This document shows, piece by piece, positions 11,961 through 24,315 of a stretch of DNA of 64,000 nucleotides. This DNA is from Camelus ferus (Eukaryota). The translations under genes and the position numbers were made by a program. A model generated the notes under the pieces. That model was not told the origin of the DNA, searched no databases, and saw nothing but the letters and a program-made list of their open reading frames with translations. The stretch's first letter is position 1. Each line of letters opens with the position of its first letter. The stretch lies in NCBI RefSeq assembly GCF_009834535.1, contig NC_045697.1, forward strand, positions 57,352,001-57,416,000. Direction: 5' to 3'.

Positions 11961-12859
11961 ATGAGCAATATGAAAAAGCAGAGGGACCACTCCCAATTAA
12001 AAGATCAAGAGAAATCCCCTGAAAGCACGATCAAGGAAATAGACATTGCTGGCCTACTAGATCAAGATTTCAAAAAAGGAGTGACCAAAGTACTGAAGGA
12101 ACTAAAAGAAATAGTGTTTAGAGATATAAAATATGTCAAAAATGAAATAGGAGCTATAAAGAACAAAGTAGAATTAGGAAACTCATTTGCTGAGATGAGA
12201 GCTGACCTAAAGGCTGTACAAAGCAGGCTAGATAATGCAGAGGAACGAATAAGTAACCTAGAAGACAGGACAACAGAAAGCACCCAATCGGAACAGCTGA
12301 GAGAAAAACAAATAAAAAAGAATGGAAACAATACAAGAGACCTATGGGATAATATAAAGCATGCCAATCTATGCATAATAGGAGTTCCAGAAGGGGAAGA
12401 AAGAACAAAGGAGATTGAAAAGGTATTTGAAGAAATCATGACTGAAAACTTCCCAAACCTAAAGAAGGAATTAGATATACAAGTATAGGAGGCTCAGAGG
12501 GTCCCAAACAGGAAGAACCCAAACAGACCCACACCAAGACATAGCATAATCAAGATGGCCAGAGTCAAGGATAAGTAAATAATCCTAAAGGCAGCAAGAG
12601 AAAAGCAAAGAGTGAGTTATAAGGGAACCCCCATAAGGCTCTCAGCTGATTTCTCTACACAAACACTACAGGCCAGAAGGGAGTGGCAAGATATAGTCAA
12701 AAGTCCTGAATGAAAAAAAGATGCAGCCTAGGATACTCTATCCAGCAAGGCTATCCTTTAGAATAGAAGGTAAGATAAAGAGCTTCACAGACCTGCAAAA
12801 ACTAAGAGTTTAGCAACACTAAACCCATGCTAAAGGAAATATTGACAGGTCTACTCTAA
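11961..12859 (+). pseudogene. L1 ORF1p (coiled coil, RRM, CTD), about 299 codons, disabled
   Basis: MSNMKKQR...RLDNAEERISNLED...LWDNIKHANLCIIGVPEGEE...ENFPNL...IQV*EAQRVP...PTPRH...ILKAAREK...PIRLSADFS...ARREW...ILYPARLSF...EILTGLL*. In-frame stops at 12486-12488 and 12576-12578; frameshifts near 12700 and 12805. Confidence 0.93.
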
Positions 12860-13000
12860 ATAGAAAAGAAGCAGGATGGTACAAAAATGAGAAGTTCATA
12901 ACTGGAAAGGTGATAACTGCCATGAATTACAAAAAAAAACAAACACAACATTATAAAAGAAGACATCTAAATTATTAAAAATGGGAGAGGGAAGCAAGGA

Positions 13001-13367
13001 AAGCCACTGTGGAAAACAGTATGGAGATTCCTCAAAAGACTAGGAATAGACTTACCATATGACCCAGGAATCCCGCTCCTGGGCATATATCCAGAAGGGA
13101 CCCTACTTCAAAATGACACCTGCACCCTAATGTTCATAGCAGCACTGTTTACAATAGCCAAGACATGGAAACAGCCTAAATGTCCATCAACAGGTGACTG
13201 GATGAAGAAGAAGTAGTATATTTATACAATGGAATACTATTCAGCCACAAAAACCGATAACATAACGCCATTTGCAGCAACATGGATATTCCTGGAGAAT
13301 GTCCAGTGAAGTAAGCCAGAAAGAGAAAGAAAAATACCATATGGGATCACTCATATGTGGAATCTAA
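13001..13367 (+). pseudogene. L1 ORF2 C-terminal remnant (about 120 codons, downstream of the CCHC knuckle)
   Basis: KPLWKTVWRFLKRLGIDLPYDPGIPLLGIYP...MFIAALFTIAKTWKQPKCPS...YIYTMEYYSA...PFAATW...EVSQKEKEKYHMGSLICGI*. One internal stop, a small indel, and no in-frame ATG immediately upstream. Confidence 0.93.
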
Positions 13368-13667
13368 AAAAAATAAACAAACATAAATACAAAACAGAAA
13401 CATACTCATAGACATAGAATACAAACTTGTGGTTGCCAAGGGGGCAGGGCATGGGAAGGGACAGACTGGGATTTTAAAATGTAGAATAGATAAACAAGAT
13501 TATACTGTATAGAACAGGGAAGTATATACAAGATCTTGTGGTAGCTCACAGCGAAAAAAAATGTGACAAAGAATATATGTATGTTCATGTATAACTGAAA
13601 AATTGTGCTCTACACTGGAATTTGACATAACATTGTAAAATGACTATAACTCAATAAAAAAAGTTAA

Positions 13668-13683
13668 AAAAAATTTGAATACA
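13668..13683 (+). repeat. 3' target-site duplication of the L1 derivative
   Basis: AAAAAATTTGAATACA, overlapping the end of the A tail. Confidence 0.9.
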
Positions 13684-14179
13684 AATAAACAAAGCTTGTG
13701 ATACAGTGAGGAATACAACAATTGTAGTTCATTTCCTCTACCCAAATGGAATTTAGTATGTTGACAGCTATTGGGGCTATTTTTTTCTCTTTTAAAATTT
13801 TATAACAATATTATATAACAAATTCATAACAATTATTATTTTATAGTTCTCAGTGTATTGCATCAATAAAAACTATTAAGGATATAAAATGTCTTATCTT
13901 GAAGAGCCTAATAAAGGCTTATAATCAAATATTTTTTCTTATCCTACAAAATTAGCTGATTTTATGAGCTGCTACTTATTTACTTTGTATGCAAATTAAT
14001 TTAATGTCTTTTACCTAGTGAATCAGAACGTATTTCTCATCTTCATTTCACCTAGGTTATTTATTGGCACTGCTGAAAGAGTACATTCCAAAGTTTCTTG
14101 CACCTAATTTAAGTGAATAGCTTGTGAAGGACAATATTGTTAGAAAAGAGTGACCTCCAGGGGTAGTGAATGTCCTTCA

Positions 14180-14900
14180 TTCATAACTTATTTTGAAATA
14201 ATCTTCTTTGTAAGATGACATTTACTCTCTTCCAGACTCAGCATTCTTGGCAGGAATGCAACATCAATGATAATGTGTTCTTCTGAGCACACTACATTAC
14301 AGTACAAAAATGTTGACATATCCCTAGAGTGATGATGTAGTTTCTACTAGGCATCTCTACCATTAAGTCCCACTTTCCCCTTGTATGTAATAGGTGTTTG
14401 ACTAAAAGATATTTTGAAATTATACCTATATCTTTTACTCACCAAGCCTCTACATATCAACTTTAGTATAACCTATTAATGACTCCAGAAATCAATCATC
14501 CCTGTGACAGATAGGGTGACTTTCTATTTCCATCATACTTTCTCCATTTATTTACTGTTATCTGCCTGGGAGGAGGAGCCTATCTTTCTCTCTCATGTAT
14601 CTCTTAATTTCTTTATTTGCTGATTTCTATCACTGTGGACTCATGCAATCCTATTTTATTCAATAAATTACCTTGTATAACTATTACTCTGGTGATCAAA
14701 TTGTTCTAGATTTGTCCAGTGGAAACCTTTCAAACTAATATCTGTGTCCATTTGATATGGGCTTTGAGAATTTCTTTATATTCAGATGCAGTATGTTCCA
14801 AATTCATCTTGGAAAATTTCTTCCCCAGCGCTAGAATTATTCATCTCTCCAAAGAGCCCTGATACGTTTTAGCAGAGAATAGTATTTAGAAACTTCTTCT
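14180..14900 (-). mobile_element. Old L1 (L1MC/ME-type) 3' UTR, antisense
   Basis: Blocks CATTCTTGGCAGGAAT, TGTGGACTCATGCAATCCTATTTTATTCAAT and CTAGAATTATTCATCTCTCCAAAGAGCCCTG...GAATAGTATTTAGAAAC. Confidence 0.7.
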
Positions 14901-17460
14901 GAAAACCATATTCCTTATACATAGGTAAATGTTAGTGTGTCACTTTGAAAATAAAGCAGTTCCTAGTTATGGAGAATGGGACAATTAAGATATTTCACCT
15001 GAAGAATTAGACTCATTTAGAAAGAAATGCCATATTCGTGCATGTATTTTGTTTTGTTCTTAAAATTATTAGTAAAACTTGGTGTTAGGTAAGACATATG
15101 ATTCCCTTGAATTTGGTTTGACATTTCAGAATTTGATGATGAGATAGTAACAAGGTATTGAGATATTAAGTAATTTTCTCAAATGGCCATGTATCTTTTA
15201 TAACCTCCAAATATTTAGAATATAGAAATATTTGACAGTCAAAATAATAACCAATATTTTCTCCAAATCTTTCTTAAAATTAATTATTGTGCTTTGCTAG
15301 ACTTAAATGTATAGGCTAAATGTTCTAAGGAAAAATTGTTCTTAACATTATAATTATAATATAACCATTACCAATTTTCAAAAATACTCTTCATGAATAG
15401 TCTTTTTCAAATGCTATAGGTTCTAGAATTATTTTCAAAATTTGTTTTCATTATATCTTATATGACTAAAATCACAGTTTTTTGTTTTTTTGGTAAATGC
15501 TGCCTTGACAGTGTTTGCCACATGTGGTCACTTGAATAATTATTGATTTTATTATAGGATGTTATAAAAGAAAGCAAGTAACTTATTTATTGACCTTAAG
15601 GTAGCTCTTAATTTTTAAAATTTAAACATGTTGTGATGGAGGGATTCTCAATGGCATTTCTAAGCATTTTGTGAGTTTTTGTCTGAGATTATCTTTTCAA
15701 ATTTAAAGATATATAAACAGCCTTGGTAAATAGCCTTGGTAAATAGTGTCTCATTCCAGGCCAGATGGCAGATTAGTTTCCTTACACAGATGATGAAAAC
15801 AATGTTTTTTTGAGGGACAGAGGCTTGGCAGGTATGTTAGCAGATCTTTCATAGACAGGGGCTTTTCTAAATTTGGAGTTTCTCAGCTGTGTATGCCTCA
15901 GTTAACATAAACTAGAGACTTCATCAGAAATACTCGTCTTTAAGTGGCATTATATTGAATGTCAGTTATGACACATCAGCTTATATTTCAATGAGAGGAT
16001 TCAATAGTGATTAGAATGAATGAGTTTTACCATTACTTGAAATTTATATAATGATTGTGGGTGAACTGAGATTTAAAATTTGTCAAAGGATGTAATTAAT
16101 TAAATATGAACACAATAGATTTCTAGTTCATAAGTGGAAGTCAGTTTGACCTGCTAAAGGTTGAAAAACTAGACAGTGGTAAAACAAGGATATTGAGGTT
16201 ACTTGATTTAAATACAGTAAAATGTTTTTCCAAATCTATATTTATTCATAGTAGTTTCCTTTATATGAATAAAGAACATAAAGTGTTTTATATGATTAAG
16301 TAGTGAAATTTTCGTTCATTTGCTTTGACATCATGGAAATATGGCCTCAGATAACTGGATGGTCAACTTGTAAAATTATCTAAGAAAACTTTGATTGGCT
16401 TTTTTCATCCCTGACAGGATACAGCAGAATGATGACACTGTCAACACCAGTCTCTGGATCTTTGTCAGAGAAAGATAATCTTTGTTTTAAAGTGTATTCT
16501 TTTGCAATTCTCTCCTTCTTGGTGTTTTTATATGTTTGATTGTGATATGAGCTGCACAAAGAAGCACCATGTCTCTTACTTGGATCTTAGATTTTGTTTT
16601 TTAATAATACATACTTAAATAATATGATTAAAGAACATCATGTTTGTCTATCATTTGCTGTGGTGTTTAAATTAAGACTGTACATTTCCCCCATTTTTCT
16701 CACTGTCTTTTGGCACTTTAAATTGACTCTCTGAAATTAAATCAAGGTGGTACCTACATTTTATGACATCTGCCAAAGGACAAAATATTGCTGGGTGACA
16801 TTTTGATGTCAGATGATAATGATGCAAGCACTGTGACCTTTTCTGAAATTATGAATTACTTTAGTGGATAGCTAAATTATTTAACTATTACCTCTGAACA
16901 TTGTCTCTGTAGTGTGTTTCTAAGAAAACTTAGAATTTATCCATATCGTATTTTTCTTATTCTTTAATTTTCATTGGCATTTTTAGTTAAAATTTAACAT
17001 TGTATTTAAATATTATAAAATATTACACAATATTAAAATAATGCATTTAAGTCAAATGCTATACCACATAACATTACAAAATAGGTGTAACGTGAGAATT
17101 TAATTGGCAAATAGAACAAATGGTCACCCCAGGCATTTTGGAAATAAAATACATCATATGTGGCTCAAGAGTTATGGGGAATAAAAGATAAGAGAACTAG
17201 AAGAATAGTAGATAATGAGCACACTGTGAAAAAACTTTCAGTGCATTTGTTATTTTTATGACTATGTTGGGAAACCACTGAAGGATCCAGTGACATGAAT
17301 ATATTTATTTTTGAAAATACAGACTTTGGTTTCTAGTAATGGAAGTGATTGGATCAAGGCCAAAGTAGATGCTATGTAGTAGTCAAGGGCCTGTTGGAAA
17401 ATTCTCTCTGTCTCTCTTTTGTGTGTGTGTGTTTTTGCATATTCACATACATATGAATAC

Positions 17461-17675
17461 CAGTTGATCCTTGAACAACATGGACTTGAATTTCATAGGT
17501 CCATTTACATGCAGGTTTATTCACTAAATAGTACTATAGTACCACATGATCCACTGTTGTTGAATCCACCCATAAGGACTACAAACAGAGAGGGCCAACT
17601 ATAAAGTTATACTCAGATTATTAACTTCATGAGGGGTCAGCTCCCTTAAAACCTGCATTGTTCAAAGGTCAACAT
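17461..17675 (+). mobile_element. Tigger2-type MITE (TcMar-Tigger)
   Basis: Terminal inverted repeats CAGTTGATCCTTGAACAA ... TTGTTCAAAGGTCAAC, with TA-rich flanks. Confidence 0.85.
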
Positions 17676-17779
17676 ATATATAATATGTGTGTGTATATAT
17701 ATGTATATGTACACATATATATGCATAGATCAATAAGTAAATGAGAATATTGAAATTAAATATTAAAAGACAAGTAGGC

Positions 17780-18060
17780 AGAGGATGCATTATGCTCATG
17801 GAAAATGGCCTTCGTATTCCAGGTTAACAGCAGGGAGTAAAAAGAATGGGTCAAAGGTAGCTTGTTCCATATTGTTATACCAGGATATTGTCTTCTAGTA
17901 GACAGAAATTTATTGATTCATTTAAGTGAGGACATGACATGCTAAGTTTTGTGCTTTAGAAAGATGAATGCATTTAAAGCAACACTTAAAGTTGGGAAAC
18001 CATTTAGAAAGCTCCTGGCTGGGTCTGAGTGAGAGATGGTAAGAGGCTAAGATAACAATG
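17780..18060 (-). mobile_element. LINE-2 fragment
   Basis: GGACATGACATGCTAAGTTTTGTGCTTTAGAAAGAT and GGTCTGAGTGAGAGATGGTAAGAGGC blocks. Confidence 0.5.
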
Positions 18061-21000
18061 AGTATTGAGCTTCCATCTCTGCCTGATTGCAACTGAGGAA
18101 AACAATAGGCATTTCCCCCATCAATTTACTAAAGAACAATTTTTAGTTATGGTGATATTAAAGTTTTATATTTGTAAGATCATAAATTCATAACACTTGA
18201 AGATAAATTTGTAAGATTTCAAGTTGATGATACTTTTAAACCCAGATTTTAAGATTGGTACATGATTACACTAGAAAAAATTTTTTTATTTAACAAGTAG
18301 GTTACAAGACATGTTTCAGACACATGCATGAAAAATATATTTTTAATTGTATAGTTTAGGGAATTAATATTAGAATGTGATATGTGACAGGAAATACAAG
18401 ACAGATGAAGTTTACTTATATTCCCTCAGAACAGGTTTAAACTGTATTTGCTGTTTTATTGATGCAGACACTGATAAAGGCAAATCATATTAGCAGGCTT
18501 AGTGATTTGGAGTGTCTGAAACTAACAGATGTAGAATGTACGGAGCAATTCTCCATGTGATGATTAAAAATTCAGTGAAGTAATGTGCCTGTCACATTTA
18601 ATGGAAGGCAGCATTCAAAATAAGCAGATTCATATGCACATTTGTAATATTTTCCCTCTCTTAAAGAAGGACTGAAAGCACAACATCTTCATATCGAAGT
18701 AAATATGATTCAATGAAAGTTCACACTTTGGCTTGTAAATTACTGTTCTGATCCACATGCCAATTTGCATAGGCTTTTGGAAACTCTATTATGCTTAAAT
18801 AAGGAAAATATAATCAGAATGTTGAAAAATATCCAAGTTAATTAGGCAAAATTTTGGAAATGCTAACTTCAGTTTGGTTTTCCAGTATAATATTATCTGA
18901 TATGAAGAGTTCTGGGAATCATACTTTAATAGGGACATAAAACAAAATTTATAATTGATCCACCCTGATGAAAATTCAGAATATGCTCATATAATAAAAT
19001 TGAAAGACCTCACTATGCTTCAGAAAAGAAGGGATAAGAGAGTTGTTTTCAAATAGATATCTTTAGCTTGGCTAAGATATTCAACTTCTCTGTCAACTTA
19101 AAAGACTATTACTTATGGATGAAAACTTCAGGGTGATTCAGTTCAAAATTAGCAAATGTTTGAAATTATGGTTGATGTTTAACTATAGAAGTTACTATCA
19201 ACAGGAAAGTGAATTGCCTGTTACTGAAGGAATTCACGGACACAGCAAATGGCATTCTAAAAAGAAGAACCCATCTACTCTTTTTCTATCACTTTTTCTA
19301 TCACTTAGTTCATCTAAGTAGATTCCAGTGCTCAGTGCCCTGAGTTTGGAGCTTTAATTATCCCAGGATGAGCCAGCCATGGAAGATACAAAATATTATC
19401 TTGTGTCAGGTGAAAACCTGAATTCTAAGGAATTTCCTGACTAGCAGGAAAAATTATTTTACTTTGGCTTTCTAGAGCTTAAATTATATTTGAGGATGGA
19501 ACTACTGAGGACACCCCAGATTTCATAAACAAAATCATAGAAATATTTCTGGTTACCAAAGGTTAACAATGAGTCAAATGTTTATGAGGGATGATTTTAG
19601 AGTTTACTCCTCAAACAGTGTGAGCATTGTTAGGAACGTAAGCATCAGAGTCCTGAGGTTTTGTTTGTTTTTTTTTTTTCCTCTTAATCTGTTTTTGTTG
19701 CTTAGAGGACTGCTGCTCATTTGTGAATGAGATGAAAACTGGGGGCTGGATAATAAGGCTGGGCCAAAATGCCTCAATTATATTTCACTTGATTTCATTT
19801 ATACTGAGCGTTGATTTTTAACTCTATTTGTTAACATTTTTTTGGATTTTTTGCACTTTAAGTCATTTTTAACTTTTTCTCTACTTAGAAAAACAAAACA
19901 ATTACGTACACAGACACATATATATGTACATATATAGTATAATTTGAAATCATACTATTAATAAAAATAAATTTCTTTGGTAGTAGTGTTCAATGTGTCT
20001 GTCACAGACTAGGCTCCTAATAAACAACTATTGAATGGATGAATAATATATTCTGTTTACAGTCTCACTATACTTATGTCAAAAATGTTAGATTTATTTT
20101 ACATCCTATATAAGAAGGTAAAAGACTTAATCAAACCAATAACATTTAGTCAAGAATTAATGAATTCAGAAAAAATGCAAACAATTTAAAGAAAAAAATT
20201 CTATGTTGTTGAATAGTACTGGAAATGACTGGAAGATTATCAAAATATTTTCATATTTTATTTATTTGAATGTAATTGTTATAATCTAAGGTTTGTCTTG
20301 AGCTTTATAAACATAGAAATTTGATTTTGTTACAACACAAAATAGAACCACATTAACAAAATTCAAAGAAAGAAAGTGTGTATGTGTGAATTTATACATA
20401 ATTTGAACAGCAAAAATGTGAGTAAAACATGTACATTTATCACCTAAGTTTGTTTAAGAACTCAGCTCTAGGTCAAAGATTCAATAACCTATAATTTCAT
20501 TGACTCTATTCAGACTTGGCCCTTTAGAATCTTCTTTTAAGATACACTGTTGTCTTTTTAGCCCCCATGTAAAAATTCAGGGAACACGTCTCATAATCAC
20601 TAGAAGATTACATATTGAGCTGTGTAAAGAACACTTAAAGCCCAAAGAGGAAGATAAGTGATATATCAGAGAGCAAACAATTAATTTATTATGTATTGAA
20701 CATATTTTATGTACTTGAGGCAATTTTTTTCTCCCTTATACTATATTCTAAATTTTTATTGCAGCTGAAGCAAATAGAGGACCATGTCAAACTTATTAAA
20801 TTGGTGTGTCTGTAATTTGGAGTGCTTTTTTTTATGTTTCTATGAGAATTAATTCCTTTTTGTGTTCTTGAACTATTAGAGACTATAATTTAAGTATTAA
20901 TTGTCCTCTTTTCTTTACTTGGAAGATTAATATGATTAGGTGAAAATGTGTTCATGTAATACTTTGATTATTAATTTTTTTCTGGAAAGAGTTCAGGAAA

Positions 21001-22869
21001 GCAGAAGAAAATTATGTAACAAGCTAAGGGCTAAGAAATCTCTGGACCACAGTGCTCGGAGACCACTAGTTATATACACTCCTCCGTGAGAAGTCTGCTG
21101 TAGTTGTATAACACAGGGTCCTGAGCCTACCACATCAGCGTTTTACAAAAACATTAAATCTTTATCTGTTTTAGAAATTCTACTATAAAATGTTTTGCCG
21201 AAAGAATGTGAGAAATTAAGTTTTCAATATAGATACTGGAAGTACCTGGATGAACATATTTGATATAACATTTTTAAAAGGATTAGAAGTTAAATTTTTT
21301 CAATATACTGAACTAAATGCTCTAATAAAAAAGGAAGTAGAGAGATAGCTAAAAACTATGGAGTGGAGAATGCAAAAGTGAATAAGATAATGCAAATATC
21401 GCACAGTATGACACTGACATGCAAAACATTTTGATATATGAAGCTTGGAAAATGGTTGTGAGCTTAGAACTTGGAAGACAATTATTTAGAATTTATAGTT
21501 TGGCCTTTAATAGTGATAGTGTCAAAATAAAACTTTAAAGCATTCTTTCTGCCTGGTGAGTATGATAAAAAATACCAATTCTGAAATAAATTTATGACTG
21601 TGCAACATTTCTGATATATCTTCCTATTTAATGTTTCCTTGGATGCAATGTTATTTTGAAAACTCTCAACTGAAGGCCCATAAATTGATAAAAAATGTCA
21701 AATGTTTTTCTGAACAAACATTTTAAAAAAGAAAATTTATATTCTGGATGTAGTCATTTACTTTTCAAAACTCATATTGTTATTTTGCTTAAATAGTGTA
21801 AATCATCTTAATTCTCTAGAGTATCTGTTTCTTCGAATAACAATTTTTTTTATTTGTGTTTGTTTCTGAAAGGTATTCTCACAAAAGCTAGTATATTGTT
21901 ATCAAACACTTAGATTGTTTTAGCTCAATGTATGTTCACATGATTGAATAAAGGAGTAAAAACATTTTAAAATAAAGCTTTTATTGAGTATTTGTGAACT
22001 ACAAAGAGAACTATTAATTTGTTGAATGCATATGTTCTTGCTTTCACATCATCAGATCTACTTGCCTTAGAATATTGTGATACAAATGCAATTTAGTAAA
22101 ACAGAAATCAATATTGAAGTAGCTTTTTAATGATTTAACTTTGTCTCATCCCTTATGAAATTTTTCATCAAAATCTTTGTGAAGATTTTTGCCAGAAGTT
22201 CTAAGAACAAGAGTTAACTTGTTTGTTAAAATATGCATTTTAAAAGCTCTTTAACCTACAGCTGTTTTCATCATGTATGGAGGCATGCAAGAACTATGAT
22301 AATCATCTCCATCAATAGAAATTATCTCTTATGTTTGACTATGTTATCGTCTTGAATAGAAGAATAGGCACTCAACATATTGTGAATTCTCTTTGCTATG
22401 GATTTATTTCAAAGTAACATTTATATGGATTTATTTAGGAAATGAGTTCTCAACTGGCATAGAAGGGCATTACAAAGTGAAACTTTACTTACAGAAAAGT
22501 TATATTTCATTAAATATGAATGATAAAAGTGACATTGGATTATTTTATGAGCAACAGGTCTCACTCTTGATAATAAGGTAAAGTGTCTTAACAAGGCTTC
22601 CTACTTCCCTGATAATGCTTATTATACTCACACCTGCTAGGTAAAAAGACAAGTAATGCCTTGAATACTGTAGAGGAGAATGCAAGGAAACAGGGTTTTC
22701 TGCTGGAATTACATGTCTGACCTTTCTTATTTTGTTTATTTGATCCTGAATTATTAAAAATTCCTTTATTGGTAATTTTTATATCTCTCTAAGTATTGTG
22801 CCATTTTAATTCTCTTCTACCTTATGATTGGTAGACCTTTGTTAGATAATGGACAAAATAACTTACTGG

Positions 22870-23100
22870 TGTAGACTAGAGCATAGTCCCTGGAGACAGG
22901 ATCACTGGGACCGTATGCCAGCTCTATGACTTTTTGCTGTGCAACTTTGGATGAATAAATTAATCATTTGGTGCTTCAGTTTCATCTGCAAAATGATTAT
23001 AATGATAGTACATTTTTCATAACTCTTGTAAGAATTAAATGTCCCCATCTTATAGTAAGTAAATATGTAACTGTGTTTTATGTTTATAATCATCATCATT
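22870..23100 (+). mobile_element. MIR SINE
   Basis: Core CCAGCTCTATGACTTTTTGCTGTGCAACTTTGGATGAATAAATTAATCATTTGGTGCTTCAGTTTCATCTGCAAAATG. Confidence 0.8.
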
Positions 23101-23237
23101 ATTATTATGATGCTGACTTTATGCTTTCTGCAATAGTGAAAAATTACCTGACTTAACAGTCACACAATCTGAGGTTTCTTTTGAGCAATGGCACCATCAT
23201 TAGAATATATGAACATTATAGAAATTGTACTATTTTC

Positions 23238-24315
23238 ATAAAGCTTTTGTGAGGTAATCTTCACATACTATAAATAATTCTTATTATATGTACAGTTAGA
23301 TGAATTTTGGTAAATGCAGAATTCATAGGGTCTTAGGATACCTCTATAATCATTTTGCAACATCTCATCATCACTGAAAGTTTTCTTATATTCCTTTGCA
23401 TCACTCATTCTCAGCCCAAGCAACTAATGATCTACAAAATAGAATTTAATATATACATGGCATCATACTGTAGGTAGTTTTTTGTGTCTTTATTATATTT
23501 CCTAGCGCACTATTTTTGAGATTCATCTGCATTTTTGTGTTTAATATACTTTATTCACTGTTACTCTTTTGAAGTTTCCAATTGTAAGTATATACTACTT
23601 TTTATTCATCCATTCATCACTTGATGAACATTGGGCTCTTCTGGCTTAGAGCTATTCTTGGTTTAATGAGCTTTTGTAGGAAAATGTGTTTTCATTTATT
23701 TTGCACAGATATTTAGAAGTGGAGTTGGATCTTTGTAGGGCATATTTGATTCCGCTATTGAGAGGCAATGTCCTTCTCAGGATTCCTCATGATGCTTATG
23801 TATTGGGAGATCTTTCCACTCTACCTCGGTGCAAAAATATTATTCTCTGTGTGAACACCAGGGATATTTCTGTGTACTCCTTTCTAGTGATTCTCTCCTT
23901 GGCTTCAGGTAATTTCTTTCCTACATGTGCAGATTAGTAACAGCCAAAACTTCAAGAAGGTACTTCTGCAGACCTCTGGAATGCACAATTTCTCTCTCTC
24001 CTTCTCTTTCTCTTTCCAGTATTGCACCCTGCAAATTCCAGCCTAGGCTTCACTGCACTATGAACTTAATATGTTCAGTTAAGCTTTATATGTGTTCTCC
24101 CTCCCTGTGCTGCTGCCCCAAAACATTTTTAGTCATTAAGTTGAGTCAGTGGCAGGGCTTCTTGTTGGTCCCCTTTCTCTCAGCACTGTTCTGTGCTGAC
24201 TATTACCTGATAACTGAGAAACATTGTTTTACATATTTTGTTCAATGTTCTGATTTTCATGTGGCATGAATTAAATACAGTTCTTGTTACTTTAGTCTGG
24301 CTGCAACAAAAGTCC
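23238..24315 (-). mobile_element. Old L1M: 3' end (about 23238-23720) abutting 5'-UTR-type sequence (about 23740-24315)
   Basis: AGCTTTTGTGAGGTAATCTTCACATACTATAAA is an antisense L1M 3' terminus; CTTGTTACTTTAGTCTGGCTGCAACAAAAGTC resembles an antisense L1M 5' terminus. Confidence 0.6.

Larger units (their letters stand above)
10781..13673 (+). mobile_element. Young L1-derived non-autonomous retrotransposon: 5' UTR + ORF1 + ORF2 C-terminal stub + 3' UTR + poly(A); EN and RT absent
   Basis: Flanking TSDs; GC-rich 5' UTR starting GCCAGAGAAGCAAGATGGC; L1 ORF1 homology; junction near 13002 into KPLWKTVWRFLK; AATAAA at 13653-13658; short A tail. Confidence 0.93.

Noticed and set aside
11393..11968. 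191-aa antisense ORF in the L1 5' UTR (ORF0-like?)
   Set aside because: Starts at TTG rather than ATG; GC-rich sequence yields several overlapping ORFs on both strands here; no recognisable homology.
12062..12439. Antisense ORFs of 125 and 84 aa
   Set aside because: Shadow frames of the A-rich L1 ORF1.
11961..12488. 175-aa ORF as a functional or domesticated gene (L1TD1-like)
   Set aside because: It is the first part of L1 ORF1 cut by a premature TAG; homology continues through another stop and two frameshifts inside a TSD-flanked repeat.
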